Shown here in pieces: positions 1-8,681 of a stretch of 55,154 bases of DNA. The stretch comes from a virus (taxonomy: Duplodnaviria > Caudoviricetes), in IMG/VR virus record IMGVR_UViG_3300042366_001387, positions 1 through 55,154 of that record; one strand, 5' to 3'. Made by a program: the position numbers and the translations under genes. The notes beneath the pieces are model-generated. The model searched no databases, was not told the DNA's origin, and saw nothing but the letters and a program-made list of their open reading frames with translations. Every line of letters starts with the position of its first letter. Position 1 is the stretch's first letter.

Positions 1-2
1 TG

Positions 3-290
3 TTGGTACACTTATATGAACCAGAGCTAATATCTACAGATCCTCGCCCCATCACGAAAGGCATGGGATTTGGCGGGGGTGGCGGCAAACAACCTCTCGC
101 CCCCACCTGGATTGGCAAGAATTTCAAATGCGAGAGAAAGAAGGCCAGGCGATCAACAGAGAACGCAGAGGAGAAGAAGGCTGTCAGGGCGCACTGGAGA
201 CGTGGGCATTGGCACACAGTTTTGTGCGGGCCAAAGAAATCTGAAAGAAAAGTCCAGTGGTACAAGCCAGTTTTCGTCACGGGGGTGTAA
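3..290 (+). CDS. Phage hypothetical protein, 5'-truncated (HWRRGHW motif family)
   Basis: Open from the window edge; C-terminal RAHWRRGHWH...WYKPVFV motif is recurrent in phage proteins. Confidence 0.7.
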   Translation: MVHLYEPELISTDPRPITKGMGFGGGGGKQPLAPTWIGKNFKCERKKARRSTENAEEKKAVRAHWRRGHWHTVLCGPKKSERKVQWYKPVFVTGV

Positions 291-342
291 GATGTAGGTT
301 GTTCACCAGACCTGTAAGCTTCCGCCCCCGCGCAAAGTCTCA

Positions 343-585
343 ATGAAAGCAGCTATCAGCAAAGACGGAACACTTACGGTTTTAGCCGAAAATGAAACCG
401 AATACTACGCACTCAAGCATTGGTTTGATGCGTACAGAGGCAGAATTGACGGAGCCGCTCTCGGGATCGACATGGAGAAACCAAAGCCAAAGCCCACTAC
501 TCCGTCAAACCCAAAGGTAAAAAGCACGGACGATTCGGAATACGAATACGTTCACATTTCCTATCGCAAAGACTGCCCCTTCTAA
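343..585 (+). CDS. Hypothetical protein
   Basis: 80-aa ATG ORF in a co-directional run. Confidence 0.6.
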   Translation: MKAAISKDGTLTVLAENETEYYALKHWFDAYRGRIDGAALGIDMEKPKPKPTTPSNPKVKSTDDSEYEYVHISYRKDCPF

Positions 586-605
586 TTTTATCTATTAACG
601 AAATC

Positions 606-923
606 ATGACAAAAATTATTCAAATCAACGGCCACCGTTTTCCAGTTGAGGAAATTGCTTTTGTCTCTTCTGTTTTTGCTGAAGACTGTGGCAACAATAT
701 TATGTACTCAACCATCGAAGGAAAGTATGTGTACGAAAAGGTTTTCTACAGGTTTTACATTAAGCTGAAAAACGATTTTACTATTTACTGGGATTCAGAA
801 GTGGTAGGCAATGCGCATGTCGAGCCGGCGGCCACCGAAAGAAAGGCTACGGAAACGACAAGACAGAGGATTATTGATTTCATCTGGCCGGATGCAGAAA
901 CATTGATAATCTCAAATCAGTAA
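606..923 (+). CDS. Hypothetical protein
   Basis: 105-aa ATG ORF, 20 bp after the previous stop. Confidence 0.7.
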   Translation: MTKIIQINGHRFPVEEIAFVSSVFAEDCGNNIMYSTIEGKYVYEKVFYRFYIKLKNDFTIYWDSEVVGNAHVEPAATERKATETTRQRIIDFIWPDAETLIISNQ

Positions 924-942
924 TCATTCACTCAACAAAATC

Positions 943-1377
943 ATGGCAAAGTACGTTTTTCATTACTGCTGCAGAACTTGCTTCAGTCAAGAAGTTTTTG
1001 ACAAATATCGATGTGCAAAGTGTCGGTATTTCGATAGCGACCGGCAACTGCAAAGCTTGCATCTCTCTGAAAAGGAGATGGAACTCATGGAGACGGAATC
1101 AGCCCGACGTGAAATCAAGGGGTTTTCATTTGACAAGGAAGAAAGAGAGGCTTATCTATGGCTGATCAAAAAAGAAACCATGCAAAAAATACGAAATAAT
1201 CGCATAGAGAGAGAGGCTCTCGAAAAACAAGCCAGGGAGCTAGCTACAGAAGACATACGCTGGAGAAAGAGCGTAATCGGAGTCGAGAAAGGGCGGATTG
1301 TGGAATACAGCAGGCAGGATGGCCCAAGCAGAGATAACATATTCAAGCACCTCTTCAGGCTGATAGCTGGCCAGTAA
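943..1377 (+). CDS. Hypothetical protein with N-terminal Cys cluster
   Basis: CCRTC...CAKC motif followed by a charged helix. Confidence 0.65.
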   Translation: MAKYVFHYCCRTCFSQEVFDKYRCAKCRYFDSDRQLQSLHLSEKEMELMETESARREIKGFSFDKEEREAYLWLIKKETMQKIRNNRIEREALEKQARELATEDIRWRKSVIGVEKGRIVEYSRQDGPSRDNIFKHLFRLIAGQ

Positions 1378-1400
1378 ACTGAAGAAGACTCAACAAGCAC

Positions 1401-1607
1401 ATGCAAGGCGACAGCAAAATCAAGAAAGCCGCATCAGCAATTGAACGCTACGCCAGAGAGAACATCCCCGAGAGTCGCAAGGCTTTCGGGGAATTCATGT
1501 ATCACGCCGAATTACTGCGTAAAGGCCACGTCAGCATCCACAAGAAAGATCTGCAGCTTCTGCCCAGGAAGTATCAAACCGTGATCGAGGGGATCTGGCA
1601 GAATTAG
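1401..1607 (+). CDS. Hypothetical protein
   Basis: 68-aa ATG ORF closing the + run. Confidence 0.6.
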   Translation: MQGDSKIKKAASAIERYARENIPESRKAFGEFMYHAELLRKGHVSIHKKDLQLLPRKYQTVIEGIWQN

Positions 1608-1730
1608 ACTCAGAGAGGTCTTGCAAGACCGGAAGCGAAAGAGATATGTGACAGTTGCAAGAGTGTCATTAGTACACTACAGATAAAAACGACACCGCTC
1701 AGCCTGCAAGCCAGCCACGCCCCTCAATCT

Positions 1731-2030
1731 TCAGTCTCTTCGCATCCAGTCCGGTGCCTTGAAAAAATTGGCGAGGTCGTCAACGCTGCTATCGCTCGTA
1801 ACATGACTTGACGGGTCGGGGTCCCCGAGATTCATCTCATCGCATAGGTCCCAGTCTTGCTTGCCATTGCTCACTGCGCGACGACGAGCATTTTGCAGCA
1901 TGTCGTGAACCGTTCTATTTGATACCGCCCACTTCTGCACCCAAGTCATATCAGATAATTCGACGGGGGCGCAACTTTCAATTCTCCTGCAGATAAACTC
2001 AACGCGCAGCCTAGTCTTCGTGGAAAGCAT
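1731..2030 (-). CDS. Conserved cyanophage/picocyanobacterial hypothetical protein
   Basis: MLSTxxRLRxEFICxxI...LGDPDPSSH...WMRRD pattern recognised from cyanophage ORFs. Confidence 0.8.
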   Translation of the reverse strand: MLSTKTRLRVEFICRRIESCAPVELSDMTWVQKWAVSNRTVHDMLQNARRRAVSNGKQDWDLCDEMNLGDPDPSSHVTSDSSVDDLANFFKAPDWMRRD

Positions 2031-2183
2031 GGCGAAAGTAGAGGTTGCCTCAGGCTAGACGGAAAAAGCCAGAAAGCAAGACTTGGCTTTGGCTTGTGAA
2101 TAATCTGGACCGGCACCAAACATCCCAGGCTCAAGGCTTGCCTCTCGGGCTACACTGGCAAAAGCACGACCCCTGAAAAGGGT

Positions 2184-2214
2184 GAGGCCCCAGGAGCAAA
2201 ACCCCCAGGGCCTC
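2184..2214 (-). terminator. 13-bp GC-rich hairpin upstream of the Rep gene, stable only on the - strand
   Basis: - strand GAGGCCCUGGGGG-UUUUG-CUCCUGGGGCCUC with G-U pairs, followed by ACCCUUUUC. Confidence 0.5.
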
Positions 2215-2285
2215 AATAGCGGATTAAGTCTTCCCGGACGCCGCTATGTGTTCAAACGAAGGGACTGTCGAACAAGCGCATTCTA

Positions 2286-3707
2286 ATGCACCCAAGCCCC
2301 AAACAGCAACCCACCCCCCAAGAGCAGTGGCTCTCGGTTGCCCACCCCAGTGAATGGCACTTTGCCATCACCAAGAAACCCGGCGGTGAATGGGTTTCTC
2401 TGCCCAAGCCCTACAGAAGAGAGGCGATCTGCAACTTAGCCAGCAGCGAGAGAAAAATTACTGGCATCCGCCCCGAAGGATTTGTAAGATCAATAACCTG
2501 CGACTTTGATCACAAAGAAGACTACAGCAGTAAATACTGGCACAAATTCGCTTGCAGCAAAGAACTAATACAACTCGAACAAGAAGCAAATAAAGCTGGC
2601 TGTTCTGTATCTTTCATTCGCAGCAGTGAATCTGGTGGGCTGCACTGCTACATCTCTCTGCCCGACGCCGCCCCCTGCTGGCTGGCCCACTGGATCGGCA
2701 TGGAGCTGTTCAGGAGGGCCGGGATCGAGGCTCAGCAGGGCCAAGCAGAGCTGTTCCCCTCACGGATGGACTTCCAGCAGGATCTCTCCCTGGGGCGGGT
2801 CCAGAGCCAGGGATTCCGCCTCCCCGGACAGCAGGGCAGCGCTCTGATCGTCAACGAGTCATACGTTGAAGACTGCGATTTAATTTACAGCCAGCTCAAC
2901 AATGATTTGGAGGAGGCTAAAGACTGCCATGAATGGCGAAAATTGATTGAAGCGGCAAAGCAGCTCAAGAAGAGAACTGCCTGGGGCGCGTTGGGGGCGA
3001 GGAAAAAAGCAAATAAATTCAGCGGTGAGGAATCTGGCATCAAGTGGACTGAAAGCGGTCAAAGCGAGAGATTGCTTCTACGTATCACTACACTTGCAAG
3101 AATCAAAAACCCTCACATTACCTGCCCCGTACAACTGGGGGAAATTATCAGAGATACTGCGCTTGAGACAGAAGGTTTCAATGAGTACGCATCAGATGCA
3201 ACCAAAAAAGATTTGATGGCAACTCGTGGTGGGTGGGGCGAAAGATTGGCAAGATGTTCACTTAAAAAAGATTTCGGCAATCTGAAAGCCGTACCAGCAG
3301 GGAAGCTTGGTGGTGACAAGCATCGCAATGAAAGACTTTTCAAAGAAAGTCGAGCGAAACTTAAAGCTGTATGGAGAACATGTAAGAAAGCAGCAGAACT
3401 GAGCAAGAGGGAGCTTGCCAAAGCAGCCAGGATCAGCCGCAGAACCCTTGAGAAGCACTGGGAATACTGGGTTTCTCTCCTGGCCCACACCCCCCTTAGT
3501 AACGGTGTCCACCCAGGCAGGCACCAGTACAGAAAGGCAATAGCGCCCTCGAATCGATATAACTGTAAAAATTTTGCTTCAAAATTTGATGAAGCTTTCG
3601 TTTATCTCGATGAATTTGATTGTTTCATCGAAAATCCGTTGAAACGATTGCTAGACAGCTCAATACTTTGCAGTTCCCCGCCCCATCCGCTGCTCTCGAC
3701 TGCTTGA
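2286..3707 (+). CDS. AEP-superfamily primase / plasmid-type replication initiator with C-terminal HTH
   Basis: Motif I TCDFDH, motif II RSSESGGLH, ELFP and GFRLPGQ motifs; HTH LSKRELAKAARISRRTLEKHW. Resembles cyanobacterial plasmid Rep/primase proteins. Confidence 0.7.
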   Translation: MHPSPKQQPTPQEQWLSVAHPSEWHFAITKKPGGEWVSLPKPYRREAICNLASSERKITGIRPEGFVRSITCDFDHKEDYSSKYWHKFACSKELIQLEQEANKAGCSVSFIRSSESGGLHCYISLPDAAPCWLAHWIGMELFRRAGIEAQQGQAELFPSRMDFQQDLSLGRVQSQGFRLPGQQGSALIVNESYVEDCDLIYSQLNNDLEEAKDCHEWRKLIEAAKQLKKRTAWGALGARKKANKFSGEESGIKWTESGQSERLLLRITTLARIKNPHITCPVQLGEIIRDTALETEGFNEYASDATKKDLMATRGGWGERLARCSLKKDFGNLKAVPAGKLGGDKHRNERLFKESRAKLKAVWRTCKKAAELSKRELAKAARISRRTLEKHWEYWVSLLAHTPLSNGVHPGRHQYRKAIAPSNRYNCKNFASKFDEAFVYLDEFDCFIENPLKRLLDSSILCSSPPHPLLSTA

Positions 3708-3732
3708 CAGCCTGGACCAATGGTGCTATGGT
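3704..3732 (+). promoter_or_regulatory. sigma70 promoter with operator copy 1
   Basis: TTGACA-17-TATGGT; GGACC-AAT-GGTGC at 3714-3726. Confidence 0.85.
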
Positions 3733-3760
3733 TTGAATTGTTACACGATCCCTCTCTTGC

Positions 3761-4153
3761 ATGTCTCTGCTTGACCTAAAAGACAACGGATACACCGCTT
3801 GCGTAAAGCTTTCTCAAGGAAATCCTGGTGCAGTTACTACCATTGTCTTGCTCCTTAAATACGCGGGCGATATTGACAAAGATTCCGCGCTTGGCGGAAT
3901 AGGGTCTTTGCTTCAGTTGGATCAGCTTGGTATTTATGGCTCACGAATTTGGATGCTTTATTCCGATGCTTGCAATAGAAGCTTGCCAAAGATGGTTGCG
4001 CTTCTTCGTGCTGTTCAACTCGGTATCCTTGATACTACTACTCTTCAGCATGGCATTGATAACTATGGGAGGGGGCTGGATGTTGACGGGGTGCTGGAAA
4101 TGGTGAAAAAAGAGCTTAAAGGTTTTGATGACACGGTTGCAGCTTACTCTTGA
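3761..4153 (+). CDS. Conserved phage hypothetical protein (SxGNPGA motif)
   Basis: LSQGNPGA...LDQLGIYGSRIWMLYSDAC pattern; first gene after the promoter. Confidence 0.8.
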   Translation: MSLLDLKDNGYTACVKLSQGNPGAVTTIVLLLKYAGDIDKDSALGGIGSLLQLDQLGIYGSRIWMLYSDACNRSLPKMVALLRAVQLGILDTTTLQHGIDNYGRGLDVDGVLEMVKKELKGFDDTVAAYS

Positions 4154-4176
4154 GTCGCTTCAGGAAATTTAATTAA

Positions 4177-4521
4177 ATGACTGAAAACACTCCCGCATCA
4201 GAATCAATTACTATGTGGCGCGTTAATCGCTCAAAAAAAATTGAGCGGGTTGAATGCAGCAAGGTCACTGAAAAGTCTGTGTTTCTTATTGCTGAGCCAA
4301 CTTGGGACGGCAAAATGCACCGATTCTCTAAGCCTCAAAGAGAAAACATTCGCAGTGGCTATCGCAGTTATCACAGAACTTGGGGCGATGCTCACGCTGC
4401 ACTTCTGAAAAGAGCTGAGGATCATCTGAGTAGTGCGCGTTTGCAGCTTGCAATGGCTCAGGGCGAGTATGGGCAAATTAAGGGCATGAAGCCGCCGTCT
4501 GATATGGAGGCGCGGTCATAA
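4177..4521 (+). CDS. Phage hypothetical protein
   Basis: IERVECSKVTEKSV...YHRTWGDAHAALL pattern typical of phage early ORFs. Confidence 0.75.
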   Translation: MTENTPASESITMWRVNRSKKIERVECSKVTEKSVFLIAEPTWDGKMHRFSKPQRENIRSGYRSYHRTWGDAHAALLKRAEDHLSSARLQLAMAQGEYGQIKGMKPPSDMEARS

Positions 4522-5132
4522 GTTTTGTAATTAAAGAGCGCCCCATCTTGTTCAGCGCCCCGATGGTTCGCGCCATCCTTGATGGCAGCAAGACCCAGAC
4601 GCGGAGGGCTATAAAAAACTTCGGTGACATGGAGTTTGACGGCAACGATCCACACTTTGGTCCCTATTGGGAGCCGTATGTCGCCGGAGGTGCCACGGGT
4701 GAGGATGCCAGGGTGCGCTGCCCCTACGGCGCCCCCGGCGACCGGCTGTGGGTACGGGAAACGTGGGCGCACGAAAGGGATGGCACAGGCTGCCCTGATG
4801 ACACCGGCGTTCTTTATCGCGCCACTGATCCTGGTTGGGATGACGAAGGAACCGGCCTCCGCTGGCGCCCGTCGATCTTCATGCCCCGCATAGCATCGCG
4901 GATCCTGCTGGAGATCACCGACGTTCGCGTTGAGCGGCTGCAGGAGATCAGTGAAGACGATGCAAGGGCAGAAGGCATTGATCTGGAAGGCTTCCGGTCA
5001 CATACCGAAGGCATCGCTGGCCGTGAACATCGGATTCAGTTCCGAACGCTCTGGGAGTCAATCCATGGCCTCAACTCATGGAACGCCAATCCCTGGGTCT
5101 GGGCCATCACATTTCGGAGGCTGAAGCCATGA
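4518..5132 (+). CDS. ASCH/PUA-like phage protein, probable non-canonical ATA start
   Basis: KERPILFSAPMVRAILDGSKTQTRR, CPYGAPGDRLWVRETW, WRPSIFMPR, ASRILLEITDVRVERLQEISE, WNANPWVW. Confidence 0.85.
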   Translation: MSFVIKERPILFSAPMVRAILDGSKTQTRRAIKNFGDMEFDGNDPHFGPYWEPYVAGGATGEDARVRCPYGAPGDRLWVRETWAHERDGTGCPDDTGVLYRATDPGWDDEGTGLRWRPSIFMPRIASRILLEITDVRVERLQEISEDDARAEGIDLEGFRSHTEGIAGREHRIQFRTLWESIHGLNSWNANPWVWAITFRRLKP

Positions 5133-5440
5133 CTCCAAAAGATCATCCACATAGGCTCTGCTTTAGCGACAATAACAGGAAACTCATGGAGCGAGCTGCG
5201 GCACTATTAAAGGAAGAAGATTGGACTGAAGCCATTCGCGTGGGAATGAGGCTGGTCATGAACCACTCCGAACAATATGTTAAGGGGAAGACCGAAATCG
5301 TATATTGTACGCCAGAGCTTAAAGACTGTATCGAAAATAACCCAGCCTTCTTCGAGGCCCTGTGCCAAGAAGGCGTGATCGAATGGCTGACGCCGTTCGT
5401 ACTGGCTAAAGGCGTTCCACTTTCTGAGCAAGCTCAATGA
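5129..5440 (+). CDS. Hypothetical protein, possible N-terminal ribbon-helix-helix
   Basis: ATGA overlap with the previous gene; beta-helix-helix-like N-terminus. Confidence 0.6.
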   Translation: MTPKDHPHRLCFSDNNRKLMERAAALLKEEDWTEAIRVGMRLVMNHSEQYVKGKTEIVYCTPELKDCIENNPAFFEALCQEGVIEWLTPFVLAKGVPLSEQAQ

Positions 5441-5709
5441 CTCAATCCACCTCTTCAATGCTAGAGCTTTTTGAAAACCTAAAAAGACAGATTCCAGGAT
5501 GCAGTATCACACTGAGCGATTCTACGAAACGCAGTGACGGCGAGTGGCACGCTAGATGGACTTTTGTTGTAAAAGATTGCAATGGTAGGCCATTGTTTCT
5601 GTCCGCCCCTTGGTTTGGTTATGAAACATTGAATGAGGCTATTCTGGCATTGTCAGAATGCCTGGAATGCTACACAAAAACCTCTACAACGCAGAACAGA
5701 GATCAATGA
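5437..5709 (+). CDS. Hypothetical protein
   Basis: ATGA overlaps at both ends. Confidence 0.65.
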   Translation: MTQSTSSMLELFENLKRQIPGCSITLSDSTKRSDGEWHARWTFVVKDCNGRPLFLSAPWFGYETLNEAILALSECLECYTKTSTTQNRDQ

Positions 5710-6092
5710 CTAAAGTCGATCGCCCTAACACTGACACCTATTGCTTTGGTGGTGCTGTTCAAGAATACTGGTATCGGTATCATGCTTTTCGTCAAGCGTG
5801 GTCCGAGGAGTCTCTTGGTTATGACATTAGGCTCCATTGCTTTGAGTGTCGAGTTATTAAACACACGCCCAAGGGTGTCTGGCTGCAGCGTCCATACGAT
5901 GGGGATAAAACGTTTGTACTGAAAAACGCAAAAAAGCGATTTGCTTATCCGACTAAACGAGAAGCGTTGATTTCCTACATTGCTAGACAGAAACGAAGGC
6001 TTTCAATACTTAGAAGTCAGATCGAGGATTCTGAGATGGGCCTGTGTGTTGCAGGTCGAATGCTTCTGGAAATGCCCGAAACGAACGCCTGA
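5706..6092 (+). CDS. Conserved phage hypothetical protein
   Basis: VIKHTPKGVWL...KKRFAYPTKREALISYIARQ motif common in phages. Confidence 0.75.
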   Translation: MTKVDRPNTDTYCFGGAVQEYWYRYHAFRQAWSEESLGYDIRLHCFECRVIKHTPKGVWLQRPYDGDKTFVLKNAKKRFAYPTKREALISYIARQKRRLSILRSQIEDSEMGLCVAGRMLLEMPETNA

Positions 6093-6104
6093 AGCTTTGC
6101 TCTG

Positions 6105-6133
6105 TTGACGCCAGGCACCAACGGTGCTACTTT
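6105..6133 (+). promoter_or_regulatory. sigma70 promoter with operator copy 2 (perfect palindrome)
   Basis: TTGACG-17-TACTTT; GCACC-AAC-GGTGC at 6115-6127. Confidence 0.85.
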
Positions 6134-6165
6134 AATGGTTGACCGCCTGCGCAACCCTGTTTCTC

Positions 6166-6585
6166 GTGTCAGACCAGATCAAGTTTGAAGTTACCTGCGA
6201 TCCGTGCTTTGCTCGGGCTCTTGACAGCCTGGGTTCTCGCCTTGGCAAAACAAGGTCAGAGGTTATTCGAGATGGCTTAAGCTTCTATAACGAAGCTGTG
6301 AGCAGGTCTGTTTTTCGTAAATGGGAAGAAAGCAATGACTCCGCGAAAGCTGATGAAAAAAATCGATTGATTGATGAGCTTCAGGAAGTCGCAAAGCAAT
6401 TTGTTGAAGCCAAAAAAGAGCTTGACATAGCAAGAGAAGCCCGCGACAAAGCGATAGAAAAAGAGAGAGACGCTTCCAGAAAAGCTAACATACTTGGCGA
6501 GAAAAAGAATCAGCTTACATTTGATCTCCAAAACTTTTTTCTTAGATTGCACTCCACTGAATCAATGCAAGGGGAAGAGCAATGA
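6166..6585 (+). CDS. CopG/RHH-family DNA-binding protein with C-terminal coiled coil
   Basis: IKFEVTCDPCFARALDSLGSRLGKTRSEVIRDGL fits the RHH pattern; GTG start inferred. Confidence 0.7.
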   Translation: MSDQIKFEVTCDPCFARALDSLGSRLGKTRSEVIRDGLSFYNEAVSRSVFRKWEESNDSAKADEKNRLIDELQEVAKQFVEAKKELDIAREARDKAIEKERDASRKANILGEKKNQLTFDLQNFFLRLHSTESMQGEEQ

Positions 6586-6950
6586 TTTATGGCACACAGA
6601 CCGACACTATCACCGACCCACGCCCCATTGACCCACCGGAATACTGGCTCGATGATCGTGACCCCAATGAAAAAAACCTAATCGTTAGCGGTTCTCATGG
6701 GGATTACGTCCCCCAGGTTTTTTGTCGGGGGCGAGAAAAGATAGATAACGTGCCTCAGGCAGATTGGGACATTTGCCGCACTGGGCCGGAACATGAAGAT
6801 TACTGGGTTGCCTGGAGCGAAGTGCTTAGCTCCTATGACTATGAAGAATATGACTGTAATTACAGCTTATTCAGGGTTCATTTGGAGCACGATGGGAAGA
6901 CGGGGGATCTTTTTGAGTGCAGAGACTTTATTCGCAGCGATCCCGATTGA
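6582..6950 (+). CDS. Phage hypothetical protein
   Basis: ATGA overlap; HGDYVPQVF...GPEHEDYWVAWSEVL. Confidence 0.7.
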   Translation: MIYGTQTDTITDPRPIDPPEYWLDDRDPNEKNLIVSGSHGDYVPQVFCRGREKIDNVPQADWDICRTGPEHEDYWVAWSEVLSSYDYEEYDCNYSLFRVHLEHDGKTGDLFECRDFIRSDPD

Positions 6951-6953
6951 ACC

Positions 6954-7166
6954 ATGGCAGACTTTGTTTTCAGGCCAAGTCACTACGAAGTTTCCGGCCC
7001 AATTAGTGGGCTTTGCAAGTCTTGGGGCGTATGGGGGCGAGATGGCAGTGTCACCGCCCCACTGTTTTACATGCAGCGCCCCAAATGGATCAAAGATGAT
7101 GCTTGTTGGGAGAAAATTGTTACATCAGTCAAGCTCAACCTTCCTTCTGAGACCGAGATCAAATGA
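6954..7166 (+). CDS. Hypothetical protein
   Basis: ATG 3 bp after the previous stop. Confidence 0.6.
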   Translation: MADFVFRPSHYEVSGPISGLCKSWGVWGRDGSVTAPLFYMQRPKWIKDDACWEKIVTSVKLNLPSETEIK

Positions 7167-7203
7167 TGCAATTTGTCACTAAACCAAAACTCTCTTTTTG
7201 GCT

Positions 7204-7512
7204 ATGAGAATCGGTTACGGGGGCGGCACAACTGAATACGGTCCTGGAGTTGCTATTGAGCTTGAGGGGGAGGAAATCGCGGTTGCGATAGAGGCCTTTC
7301 TTGTTGCGCGAGGCTTTCATGTGTCGGGGCCGCGCACAATTATAGTCAATGGTGTGCTGCTGGGCGATGGGCGGGTCTACGTTGATCCGTCCGGGTCTGT
7401 TATTACGCCGGAAGGCAAGAGAATATGTGGTCGCGGCCAGTGCCACGGTTCTCGACTGGTCAGGCATAACTGGCTAAAACAAAACCAAAAATCAAATGAC
7501 CAACACCATTGA
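7204..7512 (+). CDS. Phage hypothetical protein
   Basis: TEYGPGVAIEL...GPRTIIVNG...VYVDPSG. Confidence 0.7.
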   Translation: MRIGYGGGTTEYGPGVAIELEGEEIAVAIEAFLVARGFHVSGPRTIIVNGVLLGDGRVYVDPSGSVITPEGKRICGRGQCHGSRLVRHNWLKQNQKSNDQHH

Positions 7513-7930
7513 TTCAAAATCCATGTCAAAATCACATGTTATTCAAGTGCCACAAGAGCTTGCTCAAGAACTTTGGCTAAAGCTTCGCGATGAGACCGCT
7601 TCTGGTTTTTCTGGTGCGTGGCACAATGCCGTTACACGCGCAGCTCAGTGGGGTTGGGACCAGCGCGAGCCTGAGATACAGCAGGCTGCAGATCAGATGC
7701 TAGATGCCTGCTGTGATTGGGCTTCTAAATACTTGCCATACCTTGGTGACTTTCCCATGCCCGAAGACAAGCTCCGCGCTGCCATGCGCCCCAGCCTGAG
7801 CCCGGTAGAGCGAGTACGGTCTCGATTGGCTTGCTTGATGGACCGCATTGCCACAGAAGGGGCGATTGCAACGGCAGAACCTATAAGAGAATGTCTGGAG
7901 ATTCTCGATAAATTGGAGGCCCAGCAATGA
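7496..7930 (+). CDS. Cyanophage small-ORF family protein (AAQWGWDQ...ADQMLDACC)
   Basis: Paralogous to 7927-8316 (PPEL, AAD.QL, AMRP motifs). Confidence 0.75.
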   Translation: MTNTIDSKSMSKSHVIQVPQELAQELWLKLRDETASGFSGAWHNAVTRAAQWGWDQREPEIQQAADQMLDACCDWASKYLPYLGDFPMPEDKLRAAMRPSLSPVERVRSRLACLMDRIATEGAIATAEPIRECLEILDKLEAQQ

Positions 7931-8316
7931 CTAATCATCCCATTCAGATTCCGCCCGAACTGCTTTCTGAGTTGCTGCAAGCAGCGATGGAGGAACATGG
8001 CACAAAAGCTAACACAGTTACTTCAGTGGTTGCTCACAAAGTTGCTCACTGGGCCGCAGATGAGCAATTGAAAAGAGTAAGCGCTTGGCTTTATGGCAAC
8101 AATCTTGGTGGTATTGTTAATCGACTTGAAGATGCCATGCGCCCCAAATCACTGGTCGAGCAGGGGCTGGAGATTCTTTCACCGTCAGAGGGGCCAATTA
8201 TAGCTGGCACACCAGAGTATCGACTTACAGAATTTCAGGCAGAAGTTCTTCGCGCTGCCCTCAATCGTCTCGACAAGCTGGAAAATCGTATCAAAGAACT
8301 GGAGAATCAACGATGA
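7927..8316 (+). CDS. Cyanophage small-ORF family protein, paralog of 7496-7930
   Basis: HPIQIPPEL, WAADEQL, DAMRPKSL; ATGA overlaps. Confidence 0.75.
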   Translation: MTNHPIQIPPELLSELLQAAMEEHGTKANTVTSVVAHKVAHWAADEQLKRVSAWLYGNNLGGIVNRLEDAMRPKSLVEQGLEILSPSEGPIIAGTPEYRLTEFQAEVLRAALNRLDKLENRIKELENQR

Positions 8317-8678
8317 CCGCAATTTACACTGCGCACCATTTACTTGATGACATGTTGGCGTGCATGGACGCAGACGCGGCTTACATTCGCTTGCTGCACG
8401 CTGCAGCGGGGGAGCCGCTTGAGAGCGAGTGGCGAAAGGGGATTCGTGAGCGTGCTCTGGCATGGCTCCGGGGGCCGGAGATCGACACTCCTGGTGATGA
8501 GGAGGTGGAGGCCTGGGCAGACCGCGAGGGATTCATTCAGGGGCACGCAGAGCACCCCTGCGGCTTCTGGATCAAGGATGGAGATGTCGGCCCTCTGGTC
8601 CGCGCTGCTTTGCGCCGCTGGGGGCCACGAAGTCTTGACTCGATCACTGATCACACTAAGCAAACAGCCAACAATTAA
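8313..8678 (+). CDS. Mosaic phage hypothetical protein
   Basis: ATGA overlap; RAALRRWG module. Confidence 0.7.
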   Translation: MTAIYTAHHLLDDMLACMDADAAYIRLLHAAAGEPLESEWRKGIRERALAWLRGPEIDTPGDEEVEAWADREGFIQGHAEHPCGFWIKDGDVGPLVRAALRRWGPRSLDSITDHTKQTANN

Positions 8679-8681
8679 GCT

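Noticed and set aside
1617-1630. Perfect palindrome GGTCTTGCAAGACC, similar to 44091-44108
   Set aside because: Only two loosely similar copies and no well-spaced -10 here; insufficient to call an operator.
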